Shown here piece after piece: positions 46,927-55,855 of a stretch of DNA of 64,000 bases. Positions within the stretch are counted from its first letter, which is position 1. Each line of letters begins with the position of its first letter. The stretch lies in IMG/VR virus record IMGVR_UViG_3300025010_000007, positions 16,470 through 80,469 of that record. One strand, given 5' to 3'. A program made the translations under genes and the position numbers. The notes beneath the pieces were generated by a model, which did not search any database, was not told the DNA's origin, and saw only the letters and a list, made by a program, of their open reading frames with translations. This DNA comes from a virus.

Positions 46927-49900
46927 TTATGTAATCATCACCTTGCTTCCACCCTCTCCGGTATCAATAACCTCAATCACCTGTGGGAACCTGGCTTTCA
47001 GAGAAGGATCGTGACTTATTGCAATCACCTTCATATTACTATTTACAGCAGAGATAACTTCTAGGGCATCACAGTAAGCGTCAATTGCATCTGCACTTAA
47101 AAATGGTGGTTCGTCCAAAAAGAGCATTCCTAACTGAATACCTGCCCGCTGCGCCTTTAGTGCTGCTATTGCAAATGCCATACTAAGCGCTGAACTAACC
47201 TTCTGCCCACCTGAACGTGACAAATACGGCAGACTACCGCGAATATAGTCGATGATCTTTATATCCAGAGTATTAACTTCACGTTTATTAGACTTCTGGA
47301 TTCTCTCGGTTTCAATAACAAGCGACATCTTACCGCCCGTCATCTGCCCTAGAATATCGTTAGCCTTCGCGCTTAACTCCGCAACAACCGACCGGATAAC
47401 GGCAAACGGTACTCCATCCTGTCCAAACGCCTTCGCAAGCACCTGATACTGCACAAGTAGCTTAGCTTTGGGTTCCATATCCTTGGCTAACTCCGCACGT
47501 TCAAACTCTAACTTTTCGAGTACTTCGAGTTTTGTCTTTAACCCGCCGATCTGAGCGTGAATAGAGTTTTGTCGATCTCTTAAGTCTGCCAGCTCCGTAG
47601 TTGTGCGCTCAGCATAAACTTTTTTCTCAGACCGTTCTGGAAACGCCGTAACTAAGCTATCTATCTGTAACTCAATATCTGCCTGTTGCAATGACTTACT
47701 ATTAATTTCAACCCTCAACTGCTCAATGCGTTCCTCGGAACTAATCTTAAGTTGTCGGGCCTGGGGTAGTTCATCCTTAGCCGCAACCCACGCCTTTAGC
47801 TTCGGGAGGCGTTCCTCCATCGTCGATAGGGGTTTTAGTTCCTCAGTCAATTTAGATGTTTCAATGATACTGCAATGATGTTGTTCTACTAACTTGGTGC
47901 GCTGTTCTTCCTCTCGTTCGCTTTGCTTCTTTAAATTTTCAAGGAGTTCAACCTTCGCCTGGAGTGCTGCGGCAAGTTCCGCTTTACCTCTTAGCTTTTT
48001 AATGGTCTGATCGGCTTCAAAGTGAGCATCCATATCATAACCTATGGCTTTTTCATCCTTTTCTAGCGCCTGCACCTGCTCATAAAGCGCCTTATGCTCT
48101 GCCTTTTTCTCGTCAATTATTGCCTCGATTCTTGATATACTTGCCTTGGCTTCCTGTGCATCAGCAAGGAACAGGCACGTTGCTTTTTCTGAATCAATAC
48201 ATCCCGAATCTTCCAGCATCTTAACTTTATTCTTGGTTTCGTCAAGGTTACTTTGCCAATGCGTTACTAAATCACTTATGCGATCAGTATTTTTTTCGAT
48301 CTCCATGATCTTGAGGTTAATCTCGGATCTTTTATTATTTAATTCTGACTGCCGATCAAATACAATAACCGCCTGTTTGTACTGCTCCGCCGCCTGTTCC
48401 AGTTCTGTCCGATTAGATAAAAACTTTTCTAATTCAGCGAGCTGTGAATTGACGTTTAAAATGCGCTGCTCGGTCTGTGATAAGTCTGTATTTAACTTCT
48501 GATTCTCTTTTCTTAACTCTGCCAATCTAGGTTCCTTAGCCTTCAAAACAGTAACAGCAACATTGACCTGCTCATACTCTGCTGCCTTCTCTAAAATCTT
48601 TTCTTCCATTTCCAGCCTCTTACCAGCACCATCAAACAATGCTTGCTGCTTCGCCTTCTCCGCTTCTTTCGCGGCGATCTCCTGTGCCAGCACATCAACC
48701 TGCTTTTTCAATTCCTCCGCCCGGTCAACCTTGGTCTGCAACTCCCGGATCTGTGCTTCGAGTGCTTGCAGTTCCAATTCTTTCATAGTAACTGCCTGCT
48801 CCGATTCCTTTAATTCTGCCTCAACGGTTGCCAAGTTTTCTTTGACCGCCGGCTTTTCTTTTAATTCATTATCAATATCCGCAACCTTCTGCTTTAACTT
48901 TTCAAGTTCCCGATTGGTCTCGGTTATTTTATCCTTGGCCAACTTCTCCAACTGATCATAAACACCAAGTCCCAAAATATTACCGAGTACACTCATTCGA
49001 TCTTCGCGATCTGCTTCCAAAAACAAACCATACGCACCTTGCATAATCAGACCACAGCACTTAAAAGTCATGGCGTCCATGCCTAACAGTGCAACGATCT
49101 TCTTCTGTGTATCGTCCTTCTTCGGCTCACTACGGTCAACCCACTGCCCCTCTACCTGCTCCTGTAAGGATAAAGTAACCTTGCCGCTCCTAAGCCTTGT
49201 TCTGACCACCTTCCAAACCGTCTCTCCCATGCCAAATTCAAAATCAATCATACCGGACTTTTCGCCGTTACTGATCCAGCCGGTCAAGTCGCCCTCTCTT
49301 GGTTCTTCATACAGGCAGTCATTCGGTGCATCCATGAACAGTGAGGATTTGCCGGTTCCAATGTCACCCGTCACCACAGCGAAGTTAATTTTTTCAAAGT
49401 CCATAGATTCTTCGCTATATGAGCGGTAGTTTCTGACCGTTATCCGACGCGGCACAAATAGTCCTGAGAGTTTACCTGCTGGCAGTTTAACTGACACAGT
49501 GTCGATAAGGGGTTTTGATAACTCAATTAAGGGTGCCGCGTCTTCTAGGCTACTCCCGTTATCCTCCAACCACTGCAGTAGGTTGTCCAAGGGATCTGAA
49601 TTTTCAGACATGCCCTCCTTGATAAGTGCCACATTGTCCATTTCTCGCTTGATTTCCGATACCCAGAACGCCCCGGCATCATGCAGTGCTTTTTCAAGTG
49701 CTTTGCGGTTAAGTTGTTTGTCTAAGTCGTCACTACAGGCATAATGGACGCGGACAACGGCATTTTCTACCGACTCGTAATATGGAGCACCTTCATTATC
49801 TAGTTCGTACCAAACTTTTGTTCCATTCTCAATAAAGTGCTTTACGTCATAATCATCCATTTTTTGCGTTAAGAATCTGCGGTAAGGAGCTGTAATAAAT

Positions 49901-50745
49901 TTTGTAATAACGTCGCGTTTCATAGTGCCATCAATGTATCTTGTGAGTGAAGTTATCTCATGCACCAAAAACCCTTTCGCCTGCCCTGACTCTCCGTGAG
50001 TAAAGCAATTAATTCCCCCGCTGTACCATGTCGGTCTGCCGCAATTATCTAAAAACTGTACCGCGTGAATATGGCCCAAGCACACCAGATCAAAGCTACT
50101 CGTTTGCAACGCTTCTCTCGGCAACACAACTTCCTGCTGCTGGAATACATGCTCACCGTTGTCTAGCTGACATCCAACGACAGTATAGTGGGACATTAGC
50201 ACCGAAGGGTATTCCTCGGTTAACTGTGCGTTCAACCCCATAACCATATCGCCAAGTAACCTCGAACATTCTATATTCTCCTGCGTTGCATCCATTCCGG
50301 GGAACTGAGCCCTAAAGTAACCTTTATCAAATCCCGGTAGCGTTGCGACTTGCAGCATCCCAGAATTAGTTGATACAAATAACAGTTCTGGCGCAGTGGA
50401 TACGATAAGATCAGGTATTTGCATTGCTCGTATGTTTTCAAATGCCTGCCGCGAATCGTGATTTTCAGTGCCAAACATTAATATTACCGGGCATATTTCG
50501 GTTAACAGCCTAAGATATTTAACCGCTATACTAATCTCTTTCAGCATCTGATCCGCCCATAACTTGCTTTTATGAAACAGGTCTCCGCTGATTAATACAA
50601 CATCAACCTTCTCTAACTGCGCCTGTTCAACCAAGAATTCGATACATTTTACCGTATCCATCATCCGCGCATTCTCACCGCTAATAACTGGACCAGGGAA
50701 GGCACCAATGTGCCAATCCCCTGAATGTAGTATCTTAATTGACAT
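46927..50745 (-). CDS. SbcD-SbcC (Mre11-Rad50) fusion nuclease-ATPase
   Basis: DWHIG, GDLFH, NHD, GHIH phosphoesterase motifs; GDIGTGKSS, long coiled coil, SGGQ, LFLDEP, ISHD. Confidence 0.92.
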   Translation of the reverse strand: MSIKILHSGDWHIGAFPGPVISGENARMMDTVKCIEFLVEQAQLEKVDVVLISGDLFHKSKLWADQMLKEISIAVKYLRLLTEICPVILMFGTENHDSRQAFENIRAMQIPDLIVSTAPELLFVSTNSGMLQVATLPGFDKGYFRAQFPGMDATQENIECSRLLGDMVMGLNAQLTEEYPSVLMSHYTVVGCQLDNGEHVFQQQEVVLPREALQTSSFDLVCLGHIHAVQFLDNCGRPTWYSGGINCFTHGESGQAKGFLVHEITSLTRYIDGTMKRDVITKFITAPYRRFLTQKMDDYDVKHFIENGTKVWYELDNEGAPYYESVENAVVRVHYACSDDLDKQLNRKALEKALHDAGAFWVSEIKREMDNVALIKEGMSENSDPLDNLLQWLEDNGSSLEDAAPLIELSKPLIDTVSVKLPAGKLSGLFVPRRITVRNYRSYSEESMDFEKINFAVVTGDIGTGKSSLFMDAPNDCLYEEPREGDLTGWISNGEKSGMIDFEFGMGETVWKVVRTRLRSGKVTLSLQEQVEGQWVDRSEPKKDDTQKKIVALLGMDAMTFKCCGLIMQGAYGLFLEADREDRMSVLGNILGLGVYDQLEKLAKDKITETNRELEKLKQKVADIDNELKEKPAVKENLATVEAELKESEQAVTMKELELQALEAQIRELQTKVDRAEELKKQVDVLAQEIAAKEAEKAKQQALFDGAGKRLEMEEKILEKAAEYEQVNVAVTVLKAKEPRLAELRKENQKLNTDLSQTEQRILNVNSQLAELEKFLSNRTELEQAAEQYKQAVIVFDRQSELNNKRSEINLKIMEIEKNTDRISDLVTHWQSNLDETKNKVKMLEDSGCIDSEKATCLFLADAQEAKASISRIEAIIDEKKAEHKALYEQVQALEKDEKAIGYDMDAHFEADQTIKKLRGKAELAAALQAKVELLENLKKQSEREEEQRTKLVEQHHCSIIETSKLTEELKPLSTMEERLPKLKAWVAAKDELPQARQLKISSEERIEQLRVEINSKSLQQADIELQIDSLVTAFPERSEKKVYAERTTTELADLRDRQNSIHAQIGGLKTKLEVLEKLEFERAELAKDMEPKAKLLVQYQVLAKAFGQDGVPFAVIRSVVAELSAKANDILGQMTGGKMSLVIETERIQKSNKREVNTLDIKIIDYIRGSLPYLSRSGGQKVSSALSMAFAIAALKAQRAGIQLGMLFLDEPPFLSADAIDAYCDALEVISAVNSNMKVIAISHDPSLKARFPQVIEVIDTGEGGSKVMIT

Positions 50746-51697
50746 TTTGAGCACCTGCCTGTGTGATAAGTTTCTGGCAATTCATGCAGTAGCACTTACC
50801 ACCAAAGTTATCCTCTGAGAATTTTTTAATCCTCTGCGTAACCTTTGCCTTACAGTGAATGCAGGCAAGAGGGTTATTTTCTTCCTCATTTAATTGTCCT
50901 GAAGAAGCTTCATCATCGGATGGTGGCAAATCATCATCGCCATCATCTGGCGGTAAAGCTACTGTGCCATCTTCCATGACAACTCCACCTCCAGCAGGTG
51001 GCAGTGCTGGTACTTCAGTAGTAGTAAGTTGCGGTGATGTTCTTGGCGCAAATAAAGCGTTCCTGCTGTTGGCATAGCTTTCAATGAGTGCCTTCTTCAT
51101 GTCTGGGTCATGTGTGTTTAGAACGACTACCGCCACCGCAAACGGTTTAGCAAGTTCGGTGGCAGAATATACTCCCTTAATCCCCAACCCGGCACGGAGT
51201 GCCCTAAGTAACGCCTTTGTTTCGCACTGCGCAGCCATGTGCTCAATTTGTCCCTTGTAGTTGGCCTTGTTTAACTCTTTCGTCGCCGTATACCTACGGT
51301 AACCACCTGACGGTTCTGGTACCATAATACTGACCTGATACCCACAATCACTTTTAGTGGCGCAGTTACCGCATTGAGGAGCTTGTCTTATTGAAGCCGC
51401 CACTTGCATACACCTCTGGCAAGCTCGCGGGAAAATCGTCTCACTCTTTTCCATAATCACGTTGGCTGCTGTCATAAGTTTTAAACAGCCAATCTTTGTT
51501 AAGGCTAAACCGTCACCCTGCTTATAAACGTCACCCTTGCCGTCCAATTGTTGGGTGTCTAACTGCACTAAGTTCACCATAACCTTGTGTAGCGGTGATA
51601 ACTCAGTTAAAGTGCAAGGAAATAAGCGATTAAATTTAGTTTCTGGGTAGTTATTGATCTCAGCTACTACCGGTAAGTTTTGCTCGGGCATTGCCAT
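50735..51697 (-). CDS. Putative ssDNA-annealing/recombination protein with C-terminal Zn finger
   Basis: CETKALLRALR helix, acidic linker, CIHC..CMNC; adjacent to the nuclease. Confidence 0.55.
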   Translation of the reverse strand: MAMPEQNLPVVAEINNYPETKFNRLFPCTLTELSPLHKVMVNLVQLDTQQLDGKGDVYKQGDGLALTKIGCLKLMTAANVIMEKSETIFPRACQRCMQVAASIRQAPQCGNCATKSDCGYQVSIMVPEPSGGYRRYTATKELNKANYKGQIEHMAAQCETKALLRALRAGLGIKGVYSATELAKPFAVAVVVLNTHDPDMKKALIESYANSRNALFAPRTSPQLTTTEVPALPPAGGGVVMEDGTVALPPDDGDDDLPPSDDEASSGQLNEEENNPLACIHCKAKVTQRIKKFSEDNFGGKCYCMNCQKLITQAGAQNVN

Positions 51698-51698
51698 A

Positions 51699-52040
51699 TT
51701 AAACCGCCTCCCCGGCCATTAACGAAGCCACAACCCTGTATGCCTTAAGTTCGTTCTGTAATTTGTTTAATGCTGCCCTAGCAACACTAAGCGCACGTTC
51801 ATCAGTAGCTAAAACCACTCTCTCCTCTTCCGTAGCCTGGAGAACCTGAGCCTGACGTTGCTCCGCATTTTTCCCGTCAATCTTTGTACTCAACTGTCCT
51901 AAAATAAGCCTAGCTTCGAGCTCAACTAAAGCGTTTTTAGCTGAAACCATATTTTCGTGAATCTCTATAACATCCTGCTCAGCTGCTTCGATAAGCGATG
52001 GCAGTTCCAATAAACGACCAATAACTAAAGTTTTATCCAT
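51699..52040 (-). CDS. Coiled-coil protein (IDGKNAEQR motif)
   Basis: Strong RBS; first gene of the recombination cluster. Confidence 0.65.
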   Translation of the reverse strand: MDKTLVIGRLLELPSLIEAAEQDVIEIHENMVSAKNALVELEARLILGQLSTKIDGKNAEQRQAQVLQATEEERVVLATDERALSVARAALNKLQNELKAYRVVASLMAGEAV

Positions 52041-52068
52041 GAGGATTCCTCCTTATATAAAATTGATA

Positions 52069-52164
52069 CAGAGCGGGCAGGGATTTGCACCCTGCAAGCT
52101 ATGGGATTCAGCCTGTCCTGGCGGCCCATTGCCAAATATCGTTTACCTATTCCGCCACCGCTCC
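52069..52164 (-). ncRNA. tRNA-like RNA lacking a canonical anticodon arm
   Basis: Acceptor GGAGCGG/CCGCTCT; D-arm TGGCGGAATAGGTAAACG; T-arm GCAGGG-TGCAAAT-CCCTGC; central GCAATGGG/CCCATAGC stem. Confidence 0.7.
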
Positions 52165-52169
52165 GTAAA

Positions 52170-52481
52170 CTATAAAATCTTTCCACATAAAGTGCAGTAG
52201 CTATAATCAGGTTCCATGACTGCCTCACCAGGAATGTAGCACCATTTTTCGTCTATAAACTTATCTGGATGAGGACAGTTAGTTTTAAACCTGCTGCAAC
52301 GCTCCTTGCGCCGCTCTTGCTTATACTTACATTTCGGACAAGCAAGGAATTCAAACCCCATTACTAATCCTTCTTCAACAAAGACTTCGCGTTTCTTGTA
52401 ATAAACATCCCCCTTAGAAAACTTTTTGCCGCAATGCGTGCAGCATCTTTTAAGTTTTCTTTTGACAACAAGGCGCTTCAT
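52170..52481 (-). CDS. Cys-rich hypothetical protein
   Basis: Multiple CxxC. Confidence 0.6.
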   Translation of the reverse strand: MKRLVVKRKLKRCCTHCGKKFSKGDVYYKKREVFVEEGLVMGFEFLACPKCKYKQERRKERCSRFKTNCPHPDKFIDEKWCYIPGEAVMEPDYSYCTLCGKIL

Positions 52482-52741
52482 TAAGCCACCTCGGAACTTT
52501 CAATAACCCAATAACCCTCCCAAAATACAAACTCGGTTCCCATAAACTTCTTTGAATACTCTTTGAATCCACCCTTGGCCTCACATTTCAACTCTCCCGG
52601 GATCTGCTCCAAATCCCTGAGAGACATGACATTGATAACCTTCCTGTTACCGCAAATTTCAGTATCAAGAACATTCATAACCTCATCCAGTTCAGTTAAG
52701 CCGTCCTGGATTTTATTAAGAGCGTCTGCAAGTTTACTCAT
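52481..52741 (-). CDS. Hypothetical protein
   Basis: Coupled ORF. Confidence 0.6.
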   Translation of the reverse strand: MSKLADALNKIQDGLTELDEVMNVLDTEICGNRKVINVMSLRDLEQIPGELKCEAKGGFKEYSKKFMGTEFVFWEGYWVIESSEVA

Positions 52742-52931
52742 CTTTGCAGCCCTCCTTTACCTCAAATGCGTAACACGGATAAGCTGCTCCAGATTGTAAA
52801 TTTAGGCCGTGTTTAGTGCACTTGTACTTAAAGTTGCCTTTCTGAGTAACGCAAAACCTACAGTCAATACAAGCCAAATCTTTCGCCTCCCTTGACCACA
52901 CCAACGCGACATGGTACAATATTCCTAACAT
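52734..52931 (-). CDS. Small Cys-rich protein
   Basis: CIDCRFC...C...C; coupled. Confidence 0.5.
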   Translation of the reverse strand: MLGILYHVALVWSREAKDLACIDCRFCVTQKGNFKYKCTKHGLNLQSGAAYPCYAFEVKEGCKDE

Positions 52932-53428
52932 TTTTCTACAGCCCCCATGCGGTTTGCCCGCTTGGAGGTTTTTTCTTTTTGCCGCTGAATCATCTTGTCC
53001 AACGGTAGCACCTTGGCGGCCAGTAACTTCATGGCCATGATAGACCTTTCCAGCCCCAGCAGCTCCTCCATGATATTTTCAAAGTCCGGCATTTCATCAG
53101 AGTCAATAATCCCGTCCTCTGCTATCTCAGTAAGCCTGTCGCGGATAAGCCTTACATCCGTGTGATTTTTCAATAGCCTTAGTACGGCCACTTCTAACTC
53201 TTTCTCCTCGACATCCTGAGCAAATTTTTGCCCAATTGGACAGTTTTTTGAGCAATGTTTTGCACAGAGGCTAGGCTGCTCGTATTCCTCGGCCATTTTT
53301 AATACCACTTCAGGCGGTATTGTGCTACTGCCGCCTTCATAGTTGATCAGTGTCCTTCTGCCTATATGAATCCTGAATGATGCGGCTTCCGCGCTCAATC
53401 CAGCTTTGTTTCGTGCAGCTTTGTACAT
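52925..53428 (-). CDS. XRE HTH regulator with C-terminal CII-like domain
   Basis: YKAARNKAGLS...TLINYE..PPEVV, CPIG, IAEDGIID. Confidence 0.8.
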   Translation of the reverse strand: MYKAARNKAGLSAEAASFRIHIGRRTLINYEGGSSTIPPEVVLKMAEEYEQPSLCAKHCSKNCPIGQKFAQDVEEKELEVAVLRLLKNHTDVRLIRDRLTEIAEDGIIDSDEMPDFENIMEELLGLERSIMAMKLLAAKVLPLDKMIQRQKEKTSKRANRMGAVEKC

Positions 53429-53534
53429 TTCCTACACCCCCTTCCTCATGGTGTAATATACCTATAAAACAAATACTTGCTTGCTGACCGCAAACACCTC
53501 TGCGCTGGGTTCCCGCCCAGCCAAGGCCGACCGG

Positions 53535-53756
53535 CTACTTCCTCGGAACAAAAGACATACTTTTGTATTCAGCATAAATTTCCATCCTGCCCGGCAACTC
53601 GTAGTGATTGGCTACCACGAACCAAGCTGAAATTGCTCCCCGGAGTTCGCCCAGTGCGTGAATCCTGGGGCGTTCGGTATTACACTTAGCCCAGTCCTCA
53701 GCGCAGAGCATGATTACAAAATGGAGTTTGTCGAAAAGCTCTTTGTTATCTGGCAA
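53535..53756 (-). CDS. Hypothetical protein
   Basis: AGGAGG RBS. Confidence 0.55.
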   Translation of the reverse strand: MPDNKELFDKLHFVIMLCAEDWAKCNTERPRIHALGELRGAISAWFVVANHYELPGRMEIYAEYKSMSFVPRK

Positions 53757-53772
53757 TGCTTGTCCCTCCTTT

Positions 53773-54111
53773 CTACCTAGCCAAGCGCAAAGGCTTTGCA
53801 GTAGCTATAGATTTTTTCTCCTGCTCAGCCATCCAAGCAATAAGAGACTCTTCGCGAAGCAGTATTTTTACGCCAAAGCGTGAACAAGGTATTTCACCTT
53901 TATTTATCAGTTCACGCAATTTTGTCTCACCTATAGCACCCTGAAAAAACTCTTTTGCTGCCGTTTTGACGGTGTATATATTTTGAGGCTTATGTTCCTG
54001 TGCTTCCGGCTTCGGCTCAGGTTTTGGTTCTGGGCGTTGAATCATTCGGCCACACTCTGGGCAGAATTTAGCTCTGTCCGGTACCTTAAAACCGCATTTG
54101 CACTTTAGCAA
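53773..54111 (-). CDS. Zinc ribbon + MerR/excisionase-type HTH (probable Xis)
   Basis: FCPECG; YTVKTAA...GEIPCSRFGVKILL..ESLIAW. Confidence 0.75.
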   Translation of the reverse strand: MLKCKCGFKVPDRAKFCPECGRMIQRPEPKPEPKPEAQEHKPQNIYTVKTAAKEFFQGAIGETKLRELINKGEIPCSRFGVKILLREESLIAWMAEQEKKSIATAKPLRLAR

Positions 54112-54150
54112 TGTTCTCCCTCCTTTCGTGGCATACTATTATTGCTTGTC

Positions 54151-54399
54151 CTACCACCCCGCAAAGCATGACAAGAAACTTTTTAGTTTCGTTCTGAAGC
54201 TTTTCCCGCCCGGCAACGGCTTGTTGCGGGGTATATAAATAAACAGAACACAGTAGGTATACTCAGCCCCATCAGCTACGAACTGGCATTTAATGATTCT
54301 CTCTGGACGATCTTCCCTGAGCCAACCGGATACTAAAAATTCCAGCTCGGTATGATCGTTTGAGGCTAGTGTCTTAACGTCGTAATGCACCAGATTCAC
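54151..54399 (-). CDS. Hypothetical protein
   Basis: GGAGG RBS after cro. Confidence 0.5.
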   Translation of the reverse strand: MNLVHYDVKTLASNDHTELEFLVSGWLREDRPERIIKCQFVADGAEYTYCVLFIYIPRNKPLPGGKSFRTKLKSFLSCFAGW

Positions 54400-54402
54400 C
54401 TC

Positions 54403-54639
54403 CTAACGTCCCTCGGTTCCGGTTGATTGGTGCGTTTCGCAACAATCGTCATCAAAAAATTTTGTCCATTTAAATCCGAGAACTTTACCAATTGCCTTTG
54501 CTGCCGAAACGCTGGCATTCCTAAGACCTGTTTCTATTCCTGTATAGTAAGAACGGCTTATCCCTGCCATATCTGCAACCTGTTGCTGTGTTAAGTCGCC
54601 CCTAAGAACCATTAACCATTCGCGAGCTTTTATTTTCAT
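54403..54639 (-). CDS. Cro-like XRE repressor
   Basis: TQQQVADMAGISRSYYTGIETG; divergent from CI. Confidence 0.88.
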   Translation of the reverse strand: MKIKAREWLMVLRGDLTQQQVADMAGISRSYYTGIETGLRNASVSAAKAIGKVLGFKWTKFFDDDCCETHQSTGTEGR

Positions 54640-54663
54640 AGATACCACCTTCTTAAAAAATTA

Positions 54664-54772
54664 TGTTGCGTTTTGTGACTTCCTAATACTTATTATAATG
54701 TTGCGTTTCGTGACTGTCAAGCCTTTTTGTTGAGATTTGTGACAAATACTTTAAATGTTGCATTTTGAGACT
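54664..54772. promoter_or_regulatory. Lysis/lysogeny switch: four 17-bp operators and a consensus SigA promoter for cro
   Basis: TGTTGc-N5-GtGACw at 54664, 54699, 54728, 54756; minus-strand TTGACA(54720)-17-TATAAT(54697). Confidence 0.85.
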
Positions 54773-54795
54773 ATAATAATAGTGAGGTGAGATTA

Positions 54796-55245
54796 ATGCG
54801 GTTAGGGGAAAGACTTACAAAGCTTAGAAATAATAAGGGGTTAACACAAAAAGAGTTATCACGCATATTCTCTATGTCAAGAAGCACATATGCCCAGTAT
54901 GAAACTAATAACAGACAACCAGATTATGAAACTCTTTCGCGCATAGCAGATTACTATAGCGTAACTACTGATTATCTTTTGGGTAGAACAGATAATCCAA
55001 ATCAACCCCAAAAACAAGATCCGCCTAACTACGATGAAATGGTTTTATCTGCCCCAACTCTCCCCGACGCTCTTAGTTTAGCTGCCGCATTAGAGGTTGA
55101 ATATAACCTACCTAAAGAGTGGTTACATAAAGCCTGGGCCAAGGCAATAGAAAAGTTTGGCGTACCGAAGCCAGTAAAGTATTCAGATCCAGCTGCACAT
55201 AATAACGGTTTACCGGGTACAGGAATTTTTAATAATAAGGAATGA
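54796..55245 (+). CDS. CI/ImmR-like XRE repressor
   Basis: LGERLTKLR..LTQKEL..YETNNRQPD..VTTDYLLG. Confidence 0.9.
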   Translation: MRLGERLTKLRNNKGLTQKELSRIFSMSRSTYAQYETNNRQPDYETLSRIADYYSVTTDYLLGRTDNPNQPQKQDPPNYDEMVLSAPTLPDALSLAAALEVEYNLPKEWLHKAWAKAIEKFGVPKPVKYSDPAAHNNGLPGTGIFNNKE

Positions 55246-55254
55246 TGCGCTACG

Positions 55255-55764
55255 ATAACACTCGACGATCTTTTTTTATTGGCAGAACAACTCGGTATAA
55301 ATATTATTTGGGATAATCTTAAATTAATAAATCCGTCCTTTTTGGGTATGGCGGATGCGTCAATTAATACCGTTACTCTCGATGTGTCGCTGAAAAATAA
55401 GAACAGAGAATGTAAATGCGTATTTGCTGAAGAAATTGGACATATACTTTTCCCTCCTCGTCCAGGACACATAAGATACCATAGTAGAGGGTATTGGCAA
55501 ATAGACAACCATGACAGGAGTTTAATGGGTGTTATAGTGGCTCAGGATGAAAGAAAAGCACTTGATTGGGCAACAAGCACACTTATGCCCGACAAAGAGT
55601 TTTGGAAGGCTAATAAAGAGTGTGGTATGGACAAGATATATTTATTGGCTGATTGGTTCGATGTAGAGCCATGGGTGATAAACCTGAAGATAGGTTATCT
55701 TAGACGAAAGCGCAAGGCAGCAGGGGAAAAATTAAAGTGGAGAGACATAATAAAACGAGAATAG
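55255..55764 (+). CDS. immA: ImmA/IrrE family metallopeptidase anti-repressor
   Basis: AEEIGH, ERKA..WA..LMP; probable ATA start (xTLDDLFLLAE), TTG 55279 alternative. Confidence 0.8.
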   Translation: MTLDDLFLLAEQLGINIIWDNLKLINPSFLGMADASINTVTLDVSLKNKNRECKCVFAEEIGHILFPPRPGHIRYHSRGYWQIDNHDRSLMGVIVAQDERKALDWATSTLMPDKEFWKANKECGMDKIYLLADWFDVEPWVINLKIGYLRRKRKAAGEKLKWRDIIKRE

Positions 55765-55855
55765 AAATCAAGTAAAAGGCACCCATAACGGGTGATTTTG
55801 TATTTTCGGGGTGTTTCGACAAAATAATATTAAATTATGAACAGGAGGTTTTATT

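Noticed and set aside
52025-52228. 67-aa ORF over the tRNA-like element
   Set aside because: Overlaps two real genes and is better explained by RNA structure.
53470-53535. GC-rich intergenic hairpins here and at 37184-37204, 42867-42896, 46900-46922
   Set aside because: No shared sequence motif found; cannot be called more than possible terminators or processing stems.
914-53944. Many plus-strand ORFs of 60-160 aa in the track
   Set aside because: Antisense shadows of well-supported minus-strand genes, without RBS or motifs. Only 10947 and 14676 are retained.
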